Shown one piece after another: positions 29,844 through 38,386 of a DNA stretch of 64,000 bases (position 1 is the first letter of the stretch; every line of letters starts with the position of its first letter). A program made the position numbers and the translations under genes. Origin of the DNA: an uncultured Christensenella sp. (GTDB lineage: Bacteria > Bacillota > Clostridia > Christensenellales > Christensenellaceae). The DNA is taken from positions 17,149 to 81,148 of the forward strand of contig CAZQDA010000001.1 of assembly GCA_964592155.1 (NCBI GenBank), written 5' to 3'. The notes beneath the pieces were generated by a model that saw nothing but the letters and a program-made list of their open reading frames with translations, did no database searches and was not told where the DNA came from.

Positions 29844-29994
29844 TATATTTGAAGTGTTATTAAAAGTGCCTTTAGCTCAGTTGGTTAGAGCAACTGACTC
29901 ATAATCAGTAGGTCGTCGGATCATACCCGGCAAGGCACACTAATAGATTTATAACGTAACAAAAAGCGCTATTTAAAAATTAATGCTATATTTG
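29844..29994 (+). promoter_or_regulatory. Internal -7 promoter elements (29844-29851 and 29987-29994) ahead of individual tRNAs
   Basis: TATATTTG twice. Confidence 0.5.
29866..29939 (+). tRNA. tRNA(CAT), probably Ile2 (lysidine type), otherwise elongator Met
   Basis: Acceptor GTGCCTT/AAGGCAC with C4-G69 and C5-G68; anticodon arm ACTGA-CTCATAA-TCAGT; atypical T-loop ATCATAC. Confidence 0.8.
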
Positions 29995-30079
29995 CATATT
30001 GTTTATAGTGAATATAGGTTTTTAATTTTTTAATTGTTTTAATTTTGAGTTTTACAGTTCTCGTAAAAAACTGTAATTT

Positions 30080-30152
30080 GGCGAAGTGGGTGAGTGTTTT
30101 AGCCAAATGCCTGCAAAGCATTGTTACACCTGTTAGAATCAGGTCTTCGCCT
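30080..30152 (+). tRNA. tRNA-Cys(GCA)
   Basis: Acceptor GGCGAAG/CTTCGCC, discriminator T, anticodon arm AATGC-CTGCAAA-GCATT; T-loop TTAGAAT. Confidence 0.85.
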
Positions 30153-30185
30153 CTAACCGTAATTCAGCGGTTGCTTAAAATTTTG

Positions 30186-30280
30186 ATCTATGAAAAGAAT
30201 GTTTTCTTTGACGAAGATTGCCAAACGACGGCAGCAGTGGAGAGGCTTATAAGCCCCCACTTAAATCAAAGAAAGTAGAT
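30186..30280 (+). ncRNA. Candidate three-way-junction RNA between tRNA-Cys and tRNA-fMet
   Basis: Stems ATCTA/TAGAT, TTTCTTTGA/TCAAAGAAA, TGCC/GGCA, AGTGG/CCACT and GGCT/AGCC. Confidence 0.45.
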
Positions 30281-30299
30281 TGAAGTTAGGCAAAAAGAA

Positions 30300-30372
30300 T
30301 GCGAGATGGAGCAGTTGGTAGCTCGTTAGGCTCATAACCTAAAGGTGGCAGGTTCGATCCCTGCTCTCGCTA
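30300..30372 (+). tRNA. Initiator-type tRNA-fMet(CAT)
   Basis: 1:72 mismatch (T:T), D arm GAGCAGTTGGTAGCTC, anticodon arm TTAGG-CTCATAA-CCTAA, T-loop TTCGATC. Confidence 0.85.
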
Positions 30373-30442
30373 CAAATTTGGGTGACATGACACTCAAAAG
30401 TAGAACATACATTCTATGAAGATTTATTAGCATTGCTAAAAT

Positions 30443-30484
30443 AGCCTTTGAGAAGTGTATGATTCTTAAAGGCTTTTTTATTTT
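30443..30484 (+). terminator. Intrinsic terminator of tRNA cluster 1
   Basis: AGCCTTTGAGAA/TTCTTAAAGGCT stem followed by a T-tract. Confidence 0.8.
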
Positions 30485-30491
30485 ATACAAA

Positions 30492-30696
30492 GCCCTGAAA
30501 AATACATAGCAGTTGACACATCCCATACTGCACAGGCACATGCGCTAAATTACATGTAAAATGGGATTAAGTATTTTTAGATGCTCATTAAAAATCTCGC
30601 TCTGTATATCCCTACAACGAGTACCTGACAAGAAAAATGAGTAATGCCAAAATGGTAAGTAGTGAGGATTCCATCTGCGAAATGCAGTTCAGGGGC
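30492..30696 (+). ncRNA. Candidate multibranch non-coding RNA of about 205 nt
   Basis: Closing stem CCCTGAA/TTCAGGG plus at least six internal stems; no ORF. Confidence 0.5.
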
Positions 30697-30752
30697 AAAG
30701 TGCTAAAAGTGCTAAAAAAAATTTAATTGTAGCGAATTAAATCAAAAACTCT

Positions 30753-31002
30753 TACTTTTGCTCTACTTTTATCGGCTGGTAGAGATAAGTCAGGGATAGG
30801 GGAAGTTGTGTTTTGTCATTAAAAATAAATAAATTTTAAGCCCCATATTGCACAATAAAAAAACTTTTTATATCTTTGCACCACAAAGAGGATAGGATAA
30901 TCCGACAAGGCAGTTTCTCATCGTTCTGCCTTCCTCTTTTAACTTTTTTTTTAATAAAATGATGAAAAAATTTAGAGATTAAAAATATTTGACTTAACTT
31001 TG
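30753..31002 (+). promoter_or_regulatory. Three tandem -7 promoter elements (30753-30760, 30871-30878, 30995-31002)
   Basis: TACTTTTG, TATCTTTG, TAACTTTG. Confidence 0.6.
30885..30939 (+). ncRNA. Promoter-proximal three-way-junction RNA, homologous to 23434-23491
   Basis: AAAGAGGA/TCCTCTTT outer stem, GGA/TCC, AAGGCAG/CTGCCTT. Confidence 0.5.
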
Positions 31003-31006
31003 CACC

Positions 31007-31663
31007 ATGATTAATAACATAGTTTACAACACAGATTGTTTTGAGTACATGAAAACTATTCCAGATAAGTTCTTTGATGTTTGCATTGCCGATCCGCCTT
31101 ATGGAATTTGTGAGGATGGGACTAATAATAATAGCCGTAGTAAAATAACTAAAAGCAAGAATTATAAAGGCTTTGATGGTGGAGATATTACAAGTCCAAA
31201 TAAAGAAGTATTTGACGAAATGATTAGAATAAGTAAGAATCAAATAATATTTGGTGCGAATCATTTTATAAGTAAATTACCTTATGATAGCAGTTGCTGG
31301 ATAGTTTGGGATAAAGATAATGGAGAAACCGACTTTGCGGATTGTGAATTAGCGTGGACTTCATTTGATACATCAGTTAGGAAATTTAAATATAAATGGC
31401 AGGGTATGTTGCAGGAAAAAATGAAAAATAAAGAGGTAAGGATTCATCCTACTCAAAAGCCTGTTGATCTATATAAGTGGATTTTGGATAAATACACAAA
31501 AGAAAACGATAAAATATTTGATCCTTTTATAGGTAGTGGCAGTATAAGGATAGCGTGTGATGAACTGGGGCGTAGTTTAGTTGGATGTGAAACAAGCGAG
31601 TATTATTTTAATGAGCAAGAAAAAAGATTCAACAATTATAAATTACAATTAAAACTTTTTTAA
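31007..31663 (+). CDS. Orphan DNA methyltransferase (N6-A/N4-C, beta class)
   Basis: DPPY, HPTQKP and DPFIGSGS motifs. Confidence 0.92.
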   Translation: MINNIVYNTDCFEYMKTIPDKFFDVCIADPPYGICEDGTNNNSRSKITKSKNYKGFDGGDITSPNKEVFDEMIRISKNQIIFGANHFISKLPYDSSCWIVWDKDNGETDFADCELAWTSFDTSVRKFKYKWQGMLQEKMKNKEVRIHPTQKPVDLYKWILDKYTKENDKIFDPFIGSGSIRIACDELGRSLVGCETSEYYFNEQEKRFNNYKLQLKLF

Positions 31664-31684
31664 AAACTATTAAAAACAAAAACG

Positions 31685-32539
31685 ATGAAACAACAACAAT
31701 TGGATTACAGAGAGGAATTGATTACTCCCGAAATGGCCAAGACTTATCTTGGTGCAAACAAAGTTAATCGCAACGTCAAGGAGAGCAAGGTAGCTTTTTA
31801 TGCTCGTCAAATGAAAGATGGTAAATGGCGCATGAATGGAGAGGCTATATGCTTTTTGAAGGGTGGTGCACTTGGTAATGGTCAACATAGACTATTAGCA
31901 GTTATTGCATCTAATACTCCTACTAAATTTCTTGTAGTAAGAGGATGTGATGAGGATAGTTTTCTTGTTTATGACAGTGGAGCGAATAGAACTGCAAAAG
32001 ATGTATTTCAGATTGAGGACACTCCCAATGCGGCAAATATTTCGGCTATAGTAGCACGTTATTTTGCCCTACAAAAAGAATCAGTTGGTGTATTCTCAAC
32101 TGGAGTAGGTAAAATGTCTGCACTCAGTGTATCTGCTGTGACTGGAAAGACAAAAGAGGATTTGCTTGATGAATATAACTCAACTCCTAATTTATATCAG
32201 GATGCTTGTCAGATTGCGCTTCAATGTTATCGCAAAACAAAGATTCTGAAGATAACTGAAATTGGAGCTCTATATGTATTCCTTATTAAATATAAGAAAT
32301 ACGCTCCTGAACTTGTAGAAAGTTTTTTTAAACAGTTGTTTAATATTGAAAAGTGCAATAATACAACTATTAATGCACTTCAAAGTAAATTGATTAACGA
32401 TAAATTAAACACACAGAAATTGACTTCTGCATATCGTTATAATCTTATTGTTAAGACATGGAATTACTATGTTCAAGGTAAGAATGTTCAGCAACTTGTG
32501 TGGAATGAATCTAAAGAGGGAAAACTTCGATTTATGTAA
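31685..32539 (+). CDS. ParB/Srx-like N-terminal domain protein
   Basis: ITPEMAK...NRN...W..NGE...NGQHRLLA motif. Confidence 0.7.
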   Translation: MKQQQLDYREELITPEMAKTYLGANKVNRNVKESKVAFYARQMKDGKWRMNGEAICFLKGGALGNGQHRLLAVIASNTPTKFLVVRGCDEDSFLVYDSGANRTAKDVFQIEDTPNAANISAIVARYFALQKESVGVFSTGVGKMSALSVSAVTGKTKEDLLDEYNSTPNLYQDACQIALQCYRKTKILKITEIGALYVFLIKYKKYAPELVESFFKQLFNIEKCNNTTINALQSKLINDKLNTQKLTSAYRYNLIVKTWNYYVQGKNVQQLVWNESKEGKLRFM

Positions 32540-32614
32540 TAAAATATATGCCGTAATACTATCCTCTAAAATATAGGGGATAGTATTGCGTTTGCATAAT
32601 TAAAAATAATTTAC

Positions 32615-32622
32615 TATATTTG
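32615..32622 (+). promoter_or_regulatory. Bacteroidota promoter, preceded by a 14-bp hairpin (32555-32587)
   Basis: TATATTTG with TTTG upstream. Confidence 0.65.
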
Positions 32623-32642
32623 CAGAAACAAATTTAACCACT

Positions 32643-33442
32643 ATGATTACAACACTTGAAAGAGCCCAAGAGCTTGCAGAAAAATGGAATGCACTAACCG
32701 ACGATATGGATAGGCTACAATTTCTAAAAGATCATAATACAGAAATGATGGCTGTATTAGATTATGATTGTACAATGGTAGATTTTATATTTGATGATAA
32801 TATTGATTATGAATCGAGAGAATGTATATTTAATATTAATCTTAATGAATTTCATGATTATCATTATTTTTCTACTGGATGCCTTAAACTTTTTGAATTT
32901 GCAGGAATTAAAGCTACTTCACGTTAAAAATTTAATAAAATGAATAAATTTAAAAGTCTCGCTCGAACTAATTTAAAATGCCCTATATGCGGGAGTAGGA
33001 TGTCTATGTTAGGTATTACACCACAAGAGGGAACTTATACCAGCAAGGGCGAAACAAAACCAAAGGATATGCTATTTGCGGCTCGATGTCAAGTTTGTGC
33101 CACAAATATATATACTCCACTTAACGAAGGAAAATCTGTAAAAGATGTTGATGGACGTTGCATTTTAACATGGAAGAAATAACAGGCAATAATAAGATCA
33201 TTTACGACTGTATTTATAGGCACATATCTCACGTTATTTCGATTAATTTTGGAAAGCCTATATTCTACTATATTTGGCTATCAAAATGGATTAAAATGGA
33301 CGATAATTACATTAAATTAAGTTGTAGATGGCTTGTGGATAATGGGTATTTAATTTCCGATATAGTTGGTGAGTATTTGATATTTATGTTGCCTGAAAGT
33401 GAATTTGAGAAAATTAAAAACAAACAAAATAAAAAATTATGA
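32643..33442 (+). other. Three small genes: 32643-32927, 32940-33182 (Zn-ribbon, CPICG...CQVC), about 33158-33442
   Basis: ORF track. Confidence 0.55.
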
Positions 33443-33867
33443 CACTTGAGGATGCTATTATAATTGCATGTATGGCTCACGAAGGACAGAAAGACAAGGC
33501 GGATAATCCGTATATTTTTCATTGTATTCATGTAATGCAGAACGTTATAGGTGGATTGGATTATCAGATTACAGCAGTGCTCCATGATGTTTTGGAGGAT
33601 TCAGACATATCTATTTACGAACTTAAACTTATGGGTCTAAATGAAAAATGCTGTGATGCTCTTATATGCCTCACAAGAGGTAAAAAAGAGGATTATTCCG
33701 AATATATTGATCGTATTAAGACGAATGATATTGCACGCGAGGTAAAGCGTGCTGATTTGATTCATAATATGGATTTAGAACGTCTGCACAAGATCACAAG
33801 TAAGGACATTCAACGAAGAGAAAAATACATGCGAGCGTATGATATTTTAAACAATTTTAATAAATAA
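33439..33867 (+). CDS. HD-domain hydrolase, small alarmone hydrolase (RelA/SpoT hydrolase, Mesh1)-like
   Basis: AHEGQKDK...PYIFH, AVLHDVLED, VKRADLIHN motifs. Confidence 0.8.
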   Translation: MTLEDAIIIACMAHEGQKDKADNPYIFHCIHVMQNVIGGLDYQITAVLHDVLEDSDISIYELKLMGLNEKCCDALICLTRGKKEDYSEYIDRIKTNDIAREVKRADLIHNMDLERLHKITSKDIQRREKYMRAYDILNNFNK

Positions 33868-33871
33868 TAAT

Positions 33872-34342
33872 ATGAAAAACATTGAAAAAGTAGCGTTTGA
33901 GTACGCAAAGGAAACAGTACAGGATTGGCAAAATCATTTGGACGCGGTAAATTGTGTTAAGGATGATTTTATGGCCGGATATCAATATGCGCATGATGAG
34001 GTTGACGCGATGGAAAATGAGTTGCCGTATGATGTAGAGAAGTCTATTAATTATGTTATTGACAATTTTGATTTCGAGAAGGTGCATAAGGTTATGACTG
34101 CTCTAAATTGGGAATGGGATGGTGTTGGTATTCCATCTGTTGATGAATTGAAATTTGTAGCAAAAGATAGGCTCGAATCTTCATATAATGGACTTATTAC
34201 TTTTGAATTAGACGAATTTAATTCCGTAGGAGGTGGTTTTATTGCGACGTGTTGTTATGGCGCTGACGATATTGATCGTCATTATTTTGAGCTTTCATTC
34301 GTAATAGAATCATCTGATAATTTTGATGGCGATGAGTGTTAA
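33872..34342 (+). CDS. Hypothetical protein
   Basis: ORF track; FDFEKVHKVMTALNWEW conserved-looking segment. Confidence 0.6.
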   Translation: MKNIEKVAFEYAKETVQDWQNHLDAVNCVKDDFMAGYQYAHDEVDAMENELPYDVEKSINYVIDNFDFEKVHKVMTALNWEWDGVGIPSVDELKFVAKDRLESSYNGLITFELDEFNSVGGGFIATCCYGADDIDRHYFELSFVIESSDNFDGDEC

Positions 34343-34686
34343 TGAAAGAACCGATAAAAATACAGATTAAACCATTATCCGTAAATCAAGCATGGCAGGG
34401 GAAGCGCTTTAAAACGGTAGCGTATAAGGCATACGAAAAACAATTATTATTACTGCTACCCAATATTGAGTTTCCTCCCCCTCCATACAAAGTCTACTAT
34501 GAATGGGGTTTTTCTAATATGGCAAGTGACTATGATAATCCTACAAAGTTAGTTCAAGATATAGCGAGTAAAAAATATGGTTTTAATGACAACGCAATTA
34601 GGGAGGCAACGATAAAAAAAGTCAAAGTACCAAAAGGCGATGAATATATACAATTTAGATTTGAGCATTATGGAGATAAAACCTAA
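34336..34686 (+). CDS. rusA: RusA-like Holliday junction resolvase
   Basis: KPLSVN...W, DYDNPTKLVQD and DN motifs. Confidence 0.75.
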   Translation: MLMKEPIKIQIKPLSVNQAWQGKRFKTVAYKAYEKQLLLLLPNIEFPPPPYKVYYEWGFSNMASDYDNPTKLVQDIASKKYGFNDNAIREATIKKVKVPKGDEYIQFRFEHYGDKT

Positions 34687-35956
34687 AAAAGACGATAACA
34701 TCAAAATGGAAGATGTTAAGGTATTATTAACCCAAGAAGATAAGATTGACCACCTAATTAAAGAGCTTGAGGAAAATACTGTGGTTACTAAAAAGCTCCA
34801 TAAGATGCTTGAAAGGAATAATGAATGTACTGAATATTTATATACAGAGAAAAAGGTTGAATTATCTGATTGGCAACAATTCAAGAATTTTATGATAGCA
34901 GTTCTCGCTAATATTATTGGAAATATAATTGATTTCAAATCTATATTTGGTCTTGGTACAAGTAATGAAAAAAGCATGCAACAACAACTAAACAACTACA
35001 AAAATGGACGATATTAATATTTCGGAAATAATTGATATACAAACAGAAGGTCGTAATGATGATCTTATTTTTATTTATTGGGAATAATGGCTAAAAAGAA
35101 AATACAACAAAATAGCAAGACATGTAAAGATTGTAAGTACGCTATAGTAGACATTGTTAACTTGTCATCAGATTTAAATATTCCTATATTTTGTACTTGT
35201 AAGTTTCAGAAATATAAGAGACTACTTAATCATCATTGGTGTGTAAATTTTCAAAATAAATAATATGGGAAGGATAAATTTAAGTAGAAAACAAATGTCT
35301 ATGTATAAATCTGAATTGTCAATAATTAATGATATATATTTAGATAATAACAATAATAAAAATAACTATAATAAATTTGAATATATTACTGATTGTAAAA
35401 CAGGTAAAAAAGTATATTTAACACCACAAGATGCGATTGACGCTAAAAATAAATCAGGATTAAGAGGACGAGATAAAAGACATTACAAGTGTAATGAATG
35501 CGGATATTGGCATTTATCAACAATATTTAATAAAACAAAACGAATTGAAAACTGCAAGAGATAATGGCTGAAATATATGAATTTGACCCACAGATTTATC
35601 CACGTAAGGTATGGATAATGACCACCAAGAATCTAAAATATATTCAAGAGCATTTTTGTGAAAGAAATTTTAATGAGATAGACCCTGTTGATTATAATTT
35701 TGTGGCGTGTGTAATTCCTTGCAGAAGAAAGTCTGATAGATTGCTTGGTTTTTTGTTATGGATATACGACTATAAAGATTTAGACATAAAAGTAGCAGCG
35801 CACGAAGCGTATCACTTGGCAGACGGTATAGTGCAAGATACAGGAATGTGCTATGTAAATTCAACAGGCAATGAGCACGTGGCATATTTAGTTGGATATT
35901 ATACTGATTGCATTTGTAAAGTTAAGAACAAAAAAGCGACACCTATTGCATATTAA
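34640..35956 (+). other. Small genes: about 34664-35017, 35087-35263 (Cys-rich), 35265-35564 (YKCNECGYWHL Zn-ribbon), 35564-35956 (HEAYH metallopeptidase-like motif)
   Basis: ORF track and motifs. Confidence 0.55.
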
Positions 35957-35968
35957 ATAAATTTTACT

Positions 35969-35976
35969 TATCTTTG
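35969..35976 (+). promoter_or_regulatory. Bacteroidota promoter
   Basis: TATCTTTG with TTGCA upstream. Confidence 0.7.
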
Positions 35977-35997
35977 CAGAAATTAAAAACATATTGA

Positions 35998-37152
35998 ATG
36001 AAAAAATTAATTTGTAATAACGGTAAAGAGTATAGCTCTGTAATGGAATTTTGTAGGGAATATGAGATCCCTAAAAGTACCGTTCATGAGAATTTACAAA
36101 AAAAAGGTCGATTTGATAGGGGTGATGTTTCGGTTTGGTGGGAAGATATGGTAGTGCAAGATGTAATTGAGGCACATAAAAAACAGAAAGAAACATTATC
36201 TGACAAACAAATTATCAAACAGCTGACCGAGGAAACAATTAGGCTCAAAAAGCAAGTTGAGATTAAGGATGCGCTAAAATCTGTAAAACCGTCTCCTATT
36301 GTTGCTAAATATCAGAGCAGTGATACCGAGAGTACGGCGGTTTGTTTGTTTAGTGATTTGCACCTCGAAAAAGATATTGACCCCGAAACGGTAGGTTTTT
36401 TGAATGAATACAATATTGACATTGCAATAAAGCGTGCTGAAAAATTCTTTATTAAAGTAGCTAAAATATTGGAGGCAGAATCACATAATACTCGAATTGA
36501 GCATTTGGTTTTAGGAGTGTTGGGGGATTTGATTGAAGGTGAGCTGAGGCTTGAGGCATCTCAGACAAATAACGCATCTCCCTTAGAGGCAATTATGATT
36601 GCTAAAGATATTTTAATTAGAGGATTGGAGTACTTGGATAACAATACTACTGTCAATAAGATAACAGTAATTACCTGCATTGCGAACCACAGCCGAAATA
36701 CGCAAAAGATACATCACACTAATCAGGCAGAGGTGAATCTTGAATATATGATATACAAGGATATACAGAGAGTATTTGCAAATAAACCGAATACTAAAAT
36801 TGAGGTTATAGCATCTAAATCTGCATTGACCACTATTGATATTTATGGCAAAAATATTTCGTTTACACACGGGCATCATACTCGCTATCTCGGTGGGTGC
36901 GGAGGGATTATGATACCATTGAATAAATATTTTGCAAGCCTTAATAATAGACAACGAACTGACCTTTTGTGTATTGGTCATTATCACGATTTGCTATTTA
37001 ATAGAAATATTATTGTTAATGGGTCAATTTGCGGGACAGATAGCTTTGCCTATAATCTTAATTTGCCACATCAAGAACCACAACAAGCATTTTTCTTAAT
37101 TAATCAAAAGTACGGTATAAGTAAGATGATGCCTATATTTTGTAAAGAATAA
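35998..37152 (+). CDS. Calcineurin-like metallophosphoesterase with N-terminal HTH and coiled coil
   Basis: SDLH, GDLIEG, ANHSR, THGH, IGHYH and NGS motifs. Confidence 0.85.
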   Translation: MKKLICNNGKEYSSVMEFCREYEIPKSTVHENLQKKGRFDRGDVSVWWEDMVVQDVIEAHKKQKETLSDKQIIKQLTEETIRLKKQVEIKDALKSVKPSPIVAKYQSSDTESTAVCLFSDLHLEKDIDPETVGFLNEYNIDIAIKRAEKFFIKVAKILEAESHNTRIEHLVLGVLGDLIEGELRLEASQTNNASPLEAIMIAKDILIRGLEYLDNNTTVNKITVITCIANHSRNTQKIHHTNQAEVNLEYMIYKDIQRVFANKPNTKIEVIASKSALTTIDIYGKNISFTHGHHTRYLGGCGGIMIPLNKYFASLNNRQRTDLLCIGHYHDLLFNRNIIVNGSICGTDSFAYNLNLPHQEPQQAFFLINQKYGISKMMPIFCKE

Positions 37153-37159
37153 AAACATT

Positions 37160-37656
37160 ATGGAAGCTAAACTAAAATTCAACTTAGACGAACCCGATGA
37201 CACATTAGCTTACAAACGATGCACACACGCAACTGATATGGCTATGGTCTTATGGGAGATAGAATACAACCTGAAACGCAAGGTAGAGGATAGAATAGAT
37301 GCAGGAATGTTAAAAACTCCACAAGAAACTATTGACTGTGTGATGCAGTTGTTTCGAGATGAGATGTATGATAGCGGGATAATTATTTCAGATTTGATAC
37401 GATGAAAATAGTTAAATACAACGGCTGTTACGACAGTACTTTGACAATAGATGGCAAATATGCCGATGAATATATAGATGATTGCTCGACAGAAGAATTG
37501 CGAGATATATTTCATAAGGTAATAACCCAAATGCACGACAAAAGCATAATGATAGACTTGCTTAATGATGCGGTTGGATTATTTGGCGAATGCACACTTC
37601 ATCATCATTGCGAACAATGCGGAGATACTAATATGGAATTTACTATTGAGATATGA
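37160..37656 (+). other. Two small hypothetical genes (37160-37405, 37402-37656)
   Basis: ORF track; ATGA overlap. Confidence 0.6.
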
Positions 37657-37833
37657 AAATAGAAAACGGCAAAATAATAGAGGCAACAGAGCAAGAACTA
37701 TGGCAATATTGGTGCAATAGAGAGCTATATGATGCAGTTGATTGGCATAGTTATTTTGCACAGATGAAAAGTGCAGGTGTAAAAATATTAAAAGAAAATT
37801 AACGAATGTATTGCATATATCAAAAAAAATGTT

Positions 37834-37841
37834 TACCTTTG
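37834..37841 (+). promoter_or_regulatory. Bacteroidota promoter of tRNA cluster 2
   Basis: TACCTTTG with TTGCA upstream; flanks resemble the cluster 1 promoter. Confidence 0.75.
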
Positions 37842-37877
37842 CACTATGTTTTTCAATCATGACTTAGAATCATTTTG

Positions 37878-37934
37878 ATAACTCCGTTGTGAAACTCGGT
37901 TATTGACGTGATGGCTCACGTTAAAAAGCCAAAT
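37878..37934 (+). ncRNA. Structured tRNA-operon leader (hairpin plus H-type pseudoknot), copy 2
   Basis: ATAA/TTAT + CCG/CGG + GTT-GTGA-AAC hairpin; CGTG/CACG stem with loop TGGCT pairing AGCCA. Confidence 0.6.
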
Positions 37935-38006
37935 GCTCGGTTCGTCTATCGGTTAGGACACAAGATTTTCATTCTTGAAAGGCGATTTCGACTATCGCAC
38001 CGAGTA
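37935..38006 (+). tRNA. tRNA-Glu(TTC)
   Basis: Acceptor GCTCGGT/ACCGAGT, anticodon arm CAAGA-TTTTCAT-TCTTG, T arm GCGAT-TTCGACT-ATCGC. Confidence 0.88.
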
Positions 38007-38011
38007 CTAAT

Positions 38012-38208
38012 CTAAATGTGGCGGAAGACAGACGCTAATATTTACGGTAGAGAGTAGTTCATAGGCTTGCTGCATTAGAACAAGTTGCGTAAATAAAAGT
38101 AAATACAGATGTACTTAAAATTGGTGAAAATCATAACGTATATCCTACAATTGTAGTGGCAACTAACACCAATAAAACTCGTGCAGGTATTAAATCCTGC
38201 CATTTAGC
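38012..38208 (+). ncRNA. tRNA-like RNA with about 145 nt replacing the anticodon/variable region
   Basis: Acceptor CTAAATG/CATTTAG, D-like TGGCGGAAGACAGACGC, T-like GCAGG-TATTAAAT-CCTGC. Confidence 0.65.
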
Positions 38209-38217
38209 TTAAATTAT

Positions 38218-38351
38218 AACCACTGAGGCGATATTAAGTTAGCACACTTCGGTATAATCTGAAAGCGCGTGAGTAAGATTAGGGTGTAAGAGGCACTACG
38301 GTAATCTCTATTTTCTTCATGCTTTTAGGATTGAGGTGTCTCTCGGTTGGT
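38218..38351 (+). ncRNA. Candidate multibranch RNA
   Basis: ACCA-CTGAG/CTCGG-TTGGT, ACAC/GTGT, AATCT/AGATT, GAGGCAC/GTGTCTC stems. Confidence 0.4.
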
Positions 38352-38386
38352 ATGGGGAATGACTGATAGGAATAGACTATCAATTT

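Noticed and set aside
30203-30274. Hammerhead ribozyme
   Set aside because: The TTGACGA core-like strand is present, but the GAAA strand and the cleavage triplet geometry are absent.
29531-30541. ORFs 29531-29782, 30045-30278, 30332-30541, 30836-31264 and 38279-38563
   Set aside because: They overlap tRNAs, structured RNAs or promoters and are probably spurious.
38012-38208. tmRNA or group I intron-containing tRNA
   Set aside because: No G3-U70 pair, no tag reading frame, too short, and no recognisable P7/guanosine-binding core.
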